A DNA stretch of 64,000 bases. Origin: a virus. Lineage: Duplodnaviria > Heunggongvirae > Uroviricota > Caudoviricetes. Positions 27,052-35,553 of the stretch are shown here, piece by piece; position 1 is the first letter of the stretch, and each line of letters begins with the position of its first letter. A model generated the notes under the pieces. That model was not told where the DNA came from and made no database searches. It saw nothing but the letters and a program-made list of their open reading frames with translations. The DNA is taken from IMG/VR virus record IMGVR_UViG_2923618136_000001. One strand, given 5' to 3'. Both the position numbers and the translations under genes were made by a program.

Positions 27052-27456
27052 TCAGACCTGGTCATGACGGACCATCTCAGCCAGGACACGGTAGATGACT
27101 CTGGCCATGCCGTGCCGCAGCCACCGCCACGGCACCACCTCACGCAGCCCTTCCACGAGCGGGTCGTCAGCGGGGCGCTGCCGTCCCTGGCCGAGGTCGA
27201 CCATGCGGTGTTCACCACCCGGGCCGAGGTTGACCGAGCGACGCATCAACGCCAACGCGATCCGGTGGCGTTCCACCGCGACCGCCTGACCGGCGACGAC
27301 TCCGGCGACTCTGCCGAGCGCGTACCGGCGAGCCTGCTGCAGGTCGCCAGGGCTGCGCTTCATCCCCTGCATCAGCGCCATCTGATACACGCCGGCCAGC
27401 TCCTGCGCCTCGTCGACGAGGTCTTGCCCCGCGACGAGGGTGTCGTCATCTTCCAT
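27052..27456 (-). CDS. hypothetical protein
   Basis: 134 aa. Confidence 0.35.
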   Translation of the reverse strand: MEDDDTLVAGQDLVDEAQELAGVYQMALMQGMKRSPGDLQQARRYALGRVAGVVAGQAVAVERHRIALALMRRSVNLGPGGEHRMVDLGQGRQRPADDPLVEGLREVVPWRWLRHGMARVIYRVLAEMVRHDQV

Positions 27457-27476
27457 GTGGTCTCTCCTGATATGCG

Positions 27477-28028
27477 TTAACGACCTGGGCGTGGCGCCCG
27501 GCCGGTCAAGTCGTACGTTGCGCGTTTAGCGGGGTCCGACAGCGTCGTGTACGCCTCGGTGACCCCCTTGAAGCGTTCGGCCGCCGCCTCGTCACCGGGG
27601 TTGGCGTCCGGGTGAAGTTGGCGAGCGAGCCGCCGGTACGCCCGTTTGATGTCGTCGGGCGTCGCGGTGGTCGGCACGTCGAGCCGCGCGTAGAACTCCC
27701 CCGCCGCCGGCCTGGGCCGTGGCGGCCGCGGCGGCCGAGGAGGAGGCGCGGTCCTTCGTGGCGGGGGCTTGCATGTCGCGACGTGCGGCATCATCTGCCG
27801 TTCATGCCGCATCAGCGGACGCTCGTCGGTGATACGACGCGACCGGAGCGTCCCGGTCGCGTCGCACCACACCGCCGTGTTCCCCTTCGGGTCCTCCTTC
27901 AGGTTGACCGCGAAGTCCGCGTTGCCGGTCTGGGTCTTCGTCCACCAGACCTTCTTGTCGCAGAAGCGCCTACCTCTGCGGCCCTTCCTCGGGTCACCGC
28001 AGGAGCTCATGTGCACCTTGGAGAACAC
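27477..28028 (-). CDS. J-domain (DnaJ-like) protein with N-terminal zinc-ribbon-like region
   Basis: C-terminal J domain: EFYARLDVPTTATPDDIKRAYRRLARQLHPDANPGDEAAAERFKGVTEAYTTLSDPAKRATYD, including the HPD motif. Confidence 0.6.
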   Translation of the reverse strand: MFSKVHMSSCGDPRKGRRGRRFCDKKVWWTKTQTGNADFAVNLKEDPKGNTAVWCDATGTLRSRRITDERPLMRHERQMMPHVATCKPPPRRTAPPPRPPRPPRPRPAAGEFYARLDVPTTATPDDIKRAYRRLARQLHPDANPGDEAAAERFKGVTEAYTTLSDPAKRATYDLTGRAPRPGR

Positions 28029-28035
28029 GGCTCGT

Positions 28036-28431
28036 CTACTCCTGCTCGGCCAACGACGCCGCCGTGCACGAAGCGCACAGATGCAGCATCAGAACCAACG
28101 GCCCCCTCGTCACGGCGCTACTGGACACGTCGCCGCGGTTGGCGCCGCACCGGTCGCACGTCGACCACGTCTCCGCCTCGGTGTACGCGTCGAAACAGGG
28201 CTGGCACCGCAGGAAGCCCATCTCCCGCAGCGTGCCGAACACCGGCTGAGGGTTCCGCAGGTGACCGCACTCTTGAGGGAATTGGTGGTAGGCGGTCGTG
28301 AAAACGTCCGACATGTGGTCCACCCACCCGCGCGGGCCGAGCACCCTAGGGCCTCTGTAAAAACCGGTAACGATGCGGTGCGCGTGCTCTGTCGCCGCCT
28401 GTATCTGGCCATCTACCGGGTCTGCGCTCAT
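28036..28431 (-). CDS. hypothetical Cys-rich protein
   Basis: ATG at 28431 with GAGGAGG RBS. CxxC...CxxC pairs present. The long R-rich N-terminal extension of ORF 28036..29094 was rejected. Confidence 0.4.
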   Translation of the reverse strand: MSADPVDGQIQAATEHAHRIVTGFYRGPRVLGPRGWVDHMSDVFTTAYHQFPQECGHLRNPQPVFGTLREMGFLRCQPCFDAYTEAETWSTCDRCGANRGDVSSSAVTRGPLVLMLHLCASCTAASLAEQE

Positions 28432-28973
28432 ACCGCTGACCTCCTCACTACGTCCAGGCGCCGGAACTTGGCGTACGCGGCGGTGCCGGCCGCGCCTCGT
28501 GATGACGGGTGCAGGTGGGCCAACATCGCTTTCGAGCCAGTGGCCGCGAGGACTCGTTCGACGATCGCCCCGTTGCGGTACGGCCCGGCAGACCTGGCCA
28601 GCTCGGGGATGTCCCACGGCGCGGGCAGGCACTCCACGATCACGCCCGGTGCCTCCTGGCCCCAGTCGTAGGCGTGCATGTCGCCGCCGGTCGGGGTGCG
28701 CTTCTCGGGGTCGAACCCGACGATGAGACGCATCGGGCCGACCTGATTCCGGATCTCCGTCAGGTCCTCCCGCACCCGGTCGCGGTCCGCTTCCCGCCAC
28801 CCGGTGTATCCGAGGGTGAACAAGTCCGGTTCGCACCAGTCCGACAGCGCCGCGAAGAACCGGCCGAGCACCAGCCGGGCCGCTTCCGGTCTGACGTCGG
28901 TGCCGAACGCTTCGTCGAGGATGAGGCCCAGGTACTGGCGCTGGTCGACGTTGAGCCTTGGTCGCTTCATCAT
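28428..28973 (-). CDS. hypothetical protein
   Basis: 181 aa, ATGA-coupled. Confidence 0.45.
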   Translation of the reverse strand: MMKRPRLNVDQRQYLGLILDEAFGTDVRPEAARLVLGRFFAALSDWCEPDLFTLGYTGWREADRDRVREDLTEIRNQVGPMRLIVGFDPEKRTPTGGDMHAYDWGQEAPGVIVECLPAPWDIPELARSAGPYRNGAIVERVLAATGSKAMLAHLHPSSRGAAGTAAYAKFRRLDVVRRSAV

Positions 28974-29374
28974 CAGCTTCCTCCGCTTCCGCCGCGGCCG
29001 CCGAACCCGCCGCGCTGGATGACTGTGCCCTTGCGGGTGGTGATGGTGACGTCGCCCGGGCGGAAGGTGGTTCCTCCGCTGATCCGGTTGCCACTCGACG
29101 AGCCGCCGAATACGTAGACGTAGCCGCTGTGGGAGCCGTCCGGGGTGCAGAACCGGTCGTCGACGATGACGAGGCCTTCGTCCGTCATGCTGTTGGGGTC
29201 GACGCAGACGGCGGTAACGGCGTCGTCGTCGGTGTCGTCGTCGTTGATCTCGGCGACCACTGCGGCGCCGATGACGATCGTTGCCAGTGTGCCGATCGCG
29301 CCGATCGCCACCTTGCGCGACGACATCCGGCGGCGGCCGTACCCGTAGTCGAAGTCGAAGTCGTCCCAGCTCAT
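28973..29374 (-). CDS. hypothetical membrane protein
   Basis: TM helix VAIGAIGTLATIVIGAAVVA, an acidic tract and a Gly-rich C-terminus. Confidence 0.4.
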   Translation of the reverse strand: MSWDDFDFDYGYGRRRMSSRKVAIGAIGTLATIVIGAAVVAEINDDDTDDDAVTAVCVDPNSMTDEGLVIVDDRFCTPDGSHSGYVYVFGGSSSGNRISGGTTFRPGDVTITTRKGTVIQRGGFGGRGGSGGS

Positions 29375-29405
29375 CGGTCGCCGTCCTTGTGGGTGATGGG
29401 GCGCG

Positions 29406-29681
29406 TCATGATGTCTCCCACGGCAAGCGCACGCACTCGTCGACGATGACCAGGTACGGCCGCGCGCCCAGGATCCGCTGGCGGTTCTCCTTGGCCACCG
29501 CCGCAGGGCCGAAGTGCCAGTAGTCGCCGCACCGGTACGCCCGCAGGTTCTGGCCCGGGTGGAGCTGCCTGGCCGCGAGCTTGGCCACCTTCTTCATGCC
29601 ATACCGGACCTTGCCGCACTCCCGGCAGCCGCCGAAGTGCCGCGCCGCCTCGGGGGGTCTGAGGCTGGCTTTTCCTCTCAC
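29406..29681 (-). CDS. hypothetical protein (CxxC zinc-ribbon-like)
   Basis: 91 aa, GGCRECGK...YRCGDYWHFG. Confidence 0.35.
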   Translation of the reverse strand: MRGKASLRPPEAARHFGGCRECGKVRYGMKKVAKLAARQLHPGQNLRAYRCGDYWHFGPAAVAKENRQRILGARPYLVIVDECVRLPWETS

Positions 29682-30685
29682 TTCGCTGCTCCTGATAGTT
29701 CCGCTAGCAGTTCTGCTTGCGTGTCGGTGTTTCGGTCCTTCTGCGGGCGCCGCTCAAGGGCCCGCTTCATCGTCAGCATGGGGACGCCGAGCCGTTCCGC
29801 GACCAGCGTCGCCTCGGTCTCCTCGCTCAGGGATAGGCCCTCGGCGCGCGAAATGAACCGGGCGTTCTCCACGAGCGCCTCCCCGTTCCTCGACGGGACG
29901 TAGCCGTCGAGCGTGCCGTGTTCCTCCAGCCACTTCCCGCACTGCCCGCAGTGGCTCCGCCCTGGTCTCACTGAGCGACCACACACGACGAACTCGCACA
30001 GCACCGCTTCCCAGTCCGGCCGGGCGGCCGGGTCGTCGATGTTCGCGCCGCCCCACGCCGGCGGCGGCGCCCACTTCCTGCGCTGCGCGCGGGCCTTGGC
30101 GCGGCGATTGCCGAATCCCATGAGCGGCTTCTGAGCACTCATCTCCGCGTAGACGGCGATGATCGAGTCCGCCAGGCCCCGGGTGACCCTGGGGTTGTTC
30201 AGGACGTCGGTGAGGTTCGTTCGTGTGCTGCCGTTCTGCTGGCCGATGCGTACGCTGATCTCGTCGCTGGTCCAGCCCATGGCGGTCAACGCCTGGACGC
30301 GGCGACGCGATCCGGTCGCGTCGATCAGCATGTTTTTCCCGTTCATCGGAGTGACCGCGAAGATCTTCTCTGCGGTGCCCCGCAGCACCCCGGCCTGCTT
30401 GCCGTACTGGATTTTCGTGATCGTCACCCTGGTGAGGCCGGACTGGTTGGCTAGGTCCTGCAGGCTCATCGTGCGTCGCAACTCGTTGATGCGCCTGCGC
30501 ACCGGGGCGGCGTCGACCTTCAGCTTCAGGCCGAGGCGGTACATCTTCTGGACCTTGGTCGCGAGGGGAAGGCACTTCTCGCAGCCGCACAGGTCCTCGG
30601 TGTAGCCGGTCAGCGTCCCATGCCGGGCACCTTCCACGTAGGTCCGGGGCTTCCGCACGGTGGTGTTACCTGCCATCGACATCAC
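29678..30685 (-). CDS. HTH DNA-binding protein
   Basis: HTH MSLQDLANQSGLTRVTITKIQYGK, N- and C-terminal Cys clusters. 335 aa. Confidence 0.5.
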   Translation of the reverse strand: MMSMAGNTTVRKPRTYVEGARHGTLTGYTEDLCGCEKCLPLATKVQKMYRLGLKLKVDAAPVRRRINELRRTMSLQDLANQSGLTRVTITKIQYGKQAGVLRGTAEKIFAVTPMNGKNMLIDATGSRRRVQALTAMGWTSDEISVRIGQQNGSTRTNLTDVLNNPRVTRGLADSIIAVYAEMSAQKPLMGFGNRRAKARAQRRKWAPPPAWGGANIDDPAARPDWEAVLCEFVVCGRSVRPGRSHCGQCGKWLEEHGTLDGYVPSRNGEALVENARFISRAEGLSLSEETEATLVAERLGVPMLTMKRALERRPQKDRNTDTQAELLAELSGAAK

Positions 30686-30724
30686 CCTCCAGGGCTGGGC
30701 TGGTCATGAACCCCGCGTCCGTCA

Positions 30725-30967
30725 TCACATGCCTCCCGTGTGGGAGAAGCCGAGAACCATCGCGCGGGCGCTGGCCAGGTCCTGCTCGGTGACGCCGTAG
30801 CCCTCGACGATGCAAACGACCTCGCCGTTCCACATGACGGAGTGCCTCGGGAACGGGTAGTCCTGCGTCTTCTTCTGCTTGACGATCTTCTTGCCGTTGA
30901 TCTTCCGGGGCTTCTTCTTGCGCCGGTTGCTGAACGGGCCGGGGGCGTCGTGCTGGTCGTTGTTCAT
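30725..30967 (-). CDS. hypothetical protein
   Basis: ATG at 30967 with GAGAGGAA RBS. Lys-rich, 80 aa. Confidence 0.35.
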   Translation of the reverse strand: MNNDQHDAPGPFSNRRKKKPRKINGKKIVKQKKTQDYPFPRHSVMWNGEVVCIVEGYGVTEQDLASARAMVLGFSHTGGM

Positions 30968-31677
30968 CGTGTTCCTCTCAGAATGTCGAAACCGGGAAGT
31001 GCGTCCTGCTCGCCGCCGGGGACAGCGACAGGAGGCACACGTTTGGGCAGCGGCCGGCATGTCCGGTCGGCCAGCCACACGGCGATGGGCGGGAGGAGCT
31101 GGCAGCGCTGGTCGAAGATGGTCCCGCCGTTGAGCCAGCCGTCCGGGATACCGGTGGTGCTCGGGGGCGGGCAGTCGCCGCTCTGCTCCTCGCTGACGTC
31201 TTCCTGGCATGGGCACTGCTCGTACCGGTCGCCGTACTGGCGGACCATCCGGTCAGCGAAGGTGCGCGTCCAGGCGTTTCGTCGGATCCAGCCCGCGTTG
31301 ATCAGCGACAACGGCAGCGTGCCTGCGCAGTCGCACCGGCAGGCCCACCGGCAGATCCGGTCAGCCAGCCACACCTGGGCGACGACCGTACGTTGCGGCG
31401 CCCCGTCGATCGTGACGTGCTCGTACCGGTCTCGCTCGGTGAAGCACGCCGGGGCCACCCCCGACTTGTCGGCGATCATCCCCTCGCGGTTCTGGCGCGG
31501 GATGGCGTTGCACCTCTCATGCACGCCGCGGCTGCACTGGTGGCAGACGTCGCGCTGGCACTCGCACCGGGTGTAGAAGCCGGGCCTGACCTGGAACTCG
31601 ACGCGGCGCATGCCGTCCGTCCAGACGTGCTGGCGGATCCAGTCCGCGGCCTCTTCCGGCATCAGCAGCTCGGTCAC
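30964..31677 (-). CDS. hypothetical Cys-rich protein
   Basis: GTGA-coupled GTG at 31677. Multiple CxC/CxxC clusters with repeated WLADR(I/T)CR motifs. Confidence 0.4.
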   Translation of the reverse strand: MTELLMPEEAADWIRQHVWTDGMRRVEFQVRPGFYTRCECQRDVCHQCSRGVHERCNAIPRQNREGMIADKSGVAPACFTERDRYEHVTIDGAPQRTVVAQVWLADRICRWACRCDCAGTLPLSLINAGWIRRNAWTRTFADRMVRQYGDRYEQCPCQEDVSEEQSGDCPPPSTTGIPDGWLNGGTIFDQRCQLLPPIAVWLADRTCRPLPKRVPPVAVPGGEQDALPGFDILRGTR

Positions 31678-32120
31678 AGCATGCTCCCGAAGAGGTCGAG
31701 CTGGTCGCCGCCGACCGGCGCCGCTTCGGCGGCCCGCCGCTTGGCGGCCTCCGTGCCGACCGGCTGAGACATGTTCGTCTCCCGGTCGACCTCGTAATGC
31801 CACTGGCAGATGTCTGCCAGCCGCCCCTGGTAGAGGGCCTGATACCAGCCGCCGTGGAAGGCTCGCTCGTCCGCCAGCAGCTCCCGGGCGCGCTCGATCG
31901 TGGGCGCGTGCTCCTCCGAGATCATGCTCGTCCTGCCGCACGTGCCGTACTCGCACCGGGTCACCACCAGCGCGGCCAGCGGCGGCGCGTCCGGGTGCAT
32001 GGCCGCCGCGAGTTCCCGCGCGTGAGCGACCGTCCGCACGTCGAACAGGAAGCGGGCCTCCGGGGCCGCGTCATACGGGGATTTCACCGCCGCGTCGTAG
32101 AGCCAGATCCGGGCGGTCAT
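31674..32120 (-). CDS. hypothetical protein
   Basis: 148 aa. Confidence 0.4.
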   Translation of the reverse strand: MTARIWLYDAAVKSPYDAAPEARFLFDVRTVAHARELAAAMHPDAPPLAALVVTRCEYGTCGRTSMISEEHAPTIERARELLADERAFHGGWYQALYQGRLADICQWHYEVDRETNMSQPVGTEAAKRRAAEAAPVGGDQLDLFGSML

Positions 32121-32530
32121 TGGGCCGCCGCCTTCCGGGCCGCGTACGCCGCTCGCGCGAGCTTGTTCGTGCAGGTCTTACACACCCGCGACCGCCCGCC
32201 GGTCATGCTGGTCTTCTTCACGAACTGCTCCAGTGGCTTCTCGTCGCCGCACTCCAGGCATTCGCGGGGCTCGTCGACCAGGCCGCCGTCGACCGGGCTG
32301 CTGCGGCGTTCTTCTCGTGTCAGTCCGGCCACGACCAGGTCCGGCAGTTGGTTTTTCCGAGTCGCCTTGGCGTGCTCGCTGCACTTGGCCAGCACGGGGC
32401 AGGCTGCGCACACCTTCTTCTGCTGGGCGATGTCCTCGGGCTCCTTGGATCCGAACAGCTTGCCGAGGTTGCCGCACGCGGCATCCCAGTGCCATGCCGG
32501 GATCGGCCCGATCACGTTGGGGAGCGTCAT
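32117..32530 (-). CDS. WhiB-like (Wbl) Fe-S transcription factor with C-terminal zinc ribbon
   Basis: ATG at 32530 with GGGAGG RBS. WhiB Cys pattern WHWDAAC...CAACPVLAKC plus a G-rich turn. C-terminal CLECGD...CKTC. Confidence 0.55.
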   Translation of the reverse strand: MTLPNVIGPIPAWHWDAACGNLGKLFGSKEPEDIAQQKKVCAACPVLAKCSEHAKATRKNQLPDLVVAGLTREERRSSPVDGGLVDEPRECLECGDEKPLEQFVKKTSMTGGRSRVCKTCTNKLARAAYAARKAAAQ

Positions 32531-32769
32531 CGGCCCTCCCTGTGGTTGAAACGGGCCCATTCCCGCTCTATGCGCCGTTCGTTCCGGCGCTTCCGTACGG
32601 CGCGGCGCACGTCCTGGGCGATGCCCTCGCCGACGAACAGCGCGGTGAGAGCCATGCTGATCGCGCCAATGGTGATCAGCGTGTACCTCAGCGGGGACCA
32701 CACGGAGCTGAGGGCTATCAGGGCGGCCGCGAGTGCCAGCCACACGACTAGGACAAGGTTCGTTTTCAA
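32527..32769 (-). CDS. small membrane protein (2 TM)
   Basis: Hydrophobic helices LVLVVWLALAAALIALSSVW and LITIGAISMALTALFV, then a basic tail. Confidence 0.4.
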   Translation of the reverse strand: MKTNLVLVVWLALAAALIALSSVWSPLRYTLITIGAISMALTALFVGEGIAQDVRRAVRKRRNERRIEREWARFNHREGR

Positions 32770-32823
32770 CGTCTCTCCTCAGGGGGATGAGGGCCGCGCC
32801 GGGTAGCGCGGCCCTCCCCCGGC

Positions 32824-33714
32824 TTACTTCTGGCCAGCGTTGACGTTGACGCCGTTGCTGCCGCCAACGACGACCGTTGCCTTACCGGACTCCACAGCCT
32901 TGAGCTGCACGTACGCCTCCGGACCGAGGACGTCCACGAGCTTCCTCATGGACTCCAGCTCGGTGTCGACCTTCGTGTTGATCTGCTGCTGGGCGAGGTT
33001 TTGCGCCTTCGCGGCCTCGACCGCCGCGAGCGCCTTCACCAGCTCCTCCGGCGGCTCGGGCTTCTGGATCGTCAGGACGATGTCGCCGCAGTCACCGGAA
33101 CCGGCGTAGCTGGGCTGGCAGAAGAACTGACCGCGCGCGGTCTCCTGGATGTAGCCCCGCGCCAGCTCCCCGACGCGCTTCTCCCACGCCTGCTTCGTCG
33201 CCGGGTCGTTGAACAGCTTGCGCCACTCGAACTCCTGGGAAGCGGCGTCGAGCGCCCGATCCAGCGGAACCCGCAGGTAGGTGCTGAGCATCTGGTTCCA
33301 TCCGGCCTCGCTGCGGTCCAGGCCGGTGCCGTAGAAGAAGGCGCTGAACTTCCGGCCGATGCGGTCGTGGAACTGCTGCAGCGTCTTGCAGTCGGTGTTG
33401 AGCGCGAACGTCACCACGCCGGGAACGGTCATCTTGACGTTGTCCTTGGACACGACTTCCAGCGGCTTGGACTCGGCACCCTCAGAGCCGGAGAAGTCGA
33501 ACGTGCGCTGCCCTGCCGGGTAGGTCCACGAGTTGTCGCTGATGCTGACGCTTTCCCTCTTGGACGGGTTGACGCACTTCTCGAACTTGGTCGCGGATCC
33601 CATCGCGCCGTAGTAGACGACCGCCGTCTCATCGGGCTCGGTGTTGACGGAGGCGCACGCCGTGGCGGCGAAGGCGAGCAGCGCGATCAGGGGGATGGTC
33701 TTGCGGGGGTTCAT
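32824..33714 (-). CDS. lipoprotein, possible SPFH/band-7-like
   Basis: Signal peptide with lipobox LLAFAATAC. 296 aa. Coiled-coil plus a Gly-rich C-terminus (VVGGSNGVNVNAG). Confidence 0.45.
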   Translation of the reverse strand: MNPRKTIPLIALLAFAATACASVNTEPDETAVVYYGAMGSATKFEKCVNPSKRESVSISDNSWTYPAGQRTFDFSGSEGAESKPLEVVSKDNVKMTVPGVVTFALNTDCKTLQQFHDRIGRKFSAFFYGTGLDRSEAGWNQMLSTYLRVPLDRALDAASQEFEWRKLFNDPATKQAWEKRVGELARGYIQETARGQFFCQPSYAGSGDCGDIVLTIQKPEPPEELVKALAAVEAAKAQNLAQQQINTKVDTELESMRKLVDVLGPEAYVQLKAVESGKATVVVGGSNGVNVNAGQK

Positions 33715-33977
33715 CGGATGACCTTCCGAGGTGAGGGGTTGGTGTGGAATGCGCGGACCTGGGCTGTGACGGTCTGCGCGAAGTAGTCGATGTCCTGGTT
33801 CTGGATCGCCAGGGCGTACAGGCTGGCGACGAACTCCTCGTAGCGGGTGAGCTCCTCCCGGGTGTGGACGAGCTCCTGCTTGGCGCGGCGGGCGTCCGGG
33901 GTGCGGGTCGTCATCCAGACGACGACGACGACCGCGACGGCGACCACAGCGACGACGATCACCGGGATGAGGAACCT
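33711..33977 (-). CDS. small membrane protein
   Basis: MRFLIPVIVVAVVAVAVVVVVWM TM helix. Confidence 0.35.
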   Translation of the reverse strand, partial: RFLIPVIVVAVVAVAVVVVVWMTTRTPDARRAKQELVHTREELTRYEEFVASLYALAIQNQDIDYFAQTVTAQVRAFHTNPSPRKVIR

Positions 33978-34300
33978 CATCGGGTTCCCTCCTCGGCCGC
34001 GGCGGTGCCGTCCGCGTCGACTAGGCCGGCGGCGCTGGTTAGCTGGGTGAGCGTCCATTGCCCGGTCAGGTTCATGGTCTGCAGCTCGCCGCATCCGTCG
34101 CACCGCTTGAGCACGGCGGTCTGAGCGTGCTGGAACGGGAACGGGGGTAGAGGGGTAGCCGCCAGCGTCTCCCACTGGCACTCGTGGCGGCTGGGTCGCG
34201 TGTCGCCAGCAGCGAGCCCGAGGTAGCCGAACACGACGGCGATGCCGAGGACGACCACGACGAAAATGAAGAGGGCCGCCTCCATGGGGCCTTCGATCAC
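33977..34300 (-). CDS. small membrane protein
   Basis: N-terminal TM FIFVVVVLGIAVVFGYLGLAA, CxxC near the C-terminus. Confidence 0.35.
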   Translation of the reverse strand: MIEGPMEAALFIFVVVVLGIAVVFGYLGLAAGDTRPSRHECQWETLAATPLPPFPFQHAQTAVLKRCDGCGELQTMNLTGQWTLTQLTSAAGLVDADGTAAAEEGTR

Positions 34301-34590
34301 TGGACAACTCCCTGTAACTTCCGGCTATCTGTAGTGCTCGCGAGGGGTGCGGCGGTGCCGCCCTCCTGGTCACCCAGGAGAGCAGCAGCCACCTCGATCG
34401 TGAGATCCATCCGGCGCGCCTGGAGTGCGCTCCGCAGGTCCCCGATCGTCGGCAGGTCGGCGAGCTGGCCGATCTGCCACATGATCGTGTCGTTGATGTC
34501 CTTGGCGTAGGCGCCGAAGGTGCGCCTCCTGGCATCCCAGGAGGCGAACACCCGCACCATTCCGACGCCTCGGAACATTCGTGCTTGCAT
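34297..34590 (-). CDS. hypothetical protein
   Basis: ATGA-coupled to the HU gene. 97 aa. Confidence 0.4.
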   Translation of the reverse strand: MQARMFRGVGMVRVFASWDARRRTFGAYAKDINDTIMWQIGQLADLPTIGDLRSALQARRMDLTIEVAAALLGDQEGGTAAPLASTTDSRKLQGVVQ

Positions 34591-34925
34591 CAGGGCTTGG
34601 CCGCCTTCTTCTGCTGCGCTTCCTTGGCCAGGCCCTCGAAGTTCGGGGAGGTCTTGAAGCGGATCTTCCACGTCTCGGCGACGTTCACCGTCTCCCCGGT
34701 GTTGGGGTTGCGGGCGGTGCGGGCGGGCTTGTGAACCAGCTCCCACGACCCGAACCCGGTGATCCGCACCTTGTTGCCCTTGGCGACCTTGTCCTGAATG
34801 GCAGCCATAAACGCGACATAGGCCTTATCCATGAGCTTCGGGTCCGCCTTGAACGCCTCCTCCTTGATGTCGGCGATCGAGACGGCGTGGGCGATGATGT
34901 CGCCCTTGCGGAGGGTGTCAGCCAT
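34590..34925 (-). CDS. HU/IHF-family histone-like DNA-binding protein
   Basis: ATG at 34925 with AAAGGAAAG RBS. The HU arm motif GFGSWELVHKPARTARNPNTGETVNV is present. Confidence 0.65.
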   Translation of the reverse strand: MADTLRKGDIIAHAVSIADIKEEAFKADPKLMDKAYVAFMAAIQDKVAKGNKVRITGFGSWELVHKPARTARNPNTGETVNVAETWKIRFKTSPNFEGLAKEAQQKKAAKP

Positions 34926-34951
34926 GTGTCTTTCCTTTTCTGTGTTGGAGA

Positions 34952-35485
34952 TCAGTTGGCCGGTGTCGGAAGGGACACCGGAGCGGTTGGGGCTTGCGGG
35001 AACTGGTGGATCTGGGCCGGTGCGGACTGCTGGGTGTTCAGGACGGCCAGGCCGGTGCTGGAGCAGTCCGGGCAGCCCGTCCCGTTGCACGTCGAGCAGG
35101 GCTGAACCTCAGGCGACACCGGGTGGCACGGCCCGTCGAGACGGTGCACCAGGCGCTGGTCATCGGACGCGCCACACGAGCAGGGCCGCCGGAACATGGC
35201 GCCCGCCGCGGTCGCGCCCTGCTGCGTGGCGTGGGCCAGCGCCCGGTGCTGCTCCTGCTGCTTCAGGAACGCGATCCTGGCCAGCAGATCCCGGTGGCCA
35301 CGGTCAGCTTCGTCCCTGATTTTGCGGATCAGTTCGGCCACTTCGCCGAGCTGGGTCAGGTCGTTCGCCGACGAGGGGATCCGGTACGAGCCAATGGCGA
35401 GCACCACCTCGTTCTCATTGCGAACGTAAGCGATCTCCTCAGCAACGAGGGGGGTGTACTGCGCGTAGATGGGATGCACTGCCAT
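34952..35485 (-). CDS. hypothetical protein with C-terminal Cys cluster
   Basis: 177 aa, CSCGA...CSTCNGTGCPDC. Confidence 0.4.
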   Translation of the reverse strand: MAVHPIYAQYTPLVAEEIAYVRNENEVVLAIGSYRIPSSANDLTQLGEVAELIRKIRDEADRGHRDLLARIAFLKQQEQHRALAHATQQGATAAGAMFRRPCSCGASDDQRLVHRLDGPCHPVSPEVQPCSTCNGTGCPDCSSTGLAVLNTQQSAPAQIHQFPQAPTAPVSLPTPAN

Positions 35486-35553
35486 TGCGGTTCTCCTTGA
35501 GAGGGAGGGTTGGTGCCCCGGCCCTGGGTACGGGCCGGGGGTGAAACAGGGGG

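Noticed and set aside
28432-29094. N-terminal 220 aa of ORF 28036..29094
   Set aside because: Arg/Pro/Gly-rich. It overlaps the real gene 28428..28973 in another frame. An internal ATG at 28431 with a strong GAGGAGG RBS gives a compact Cys-rich protein instead.
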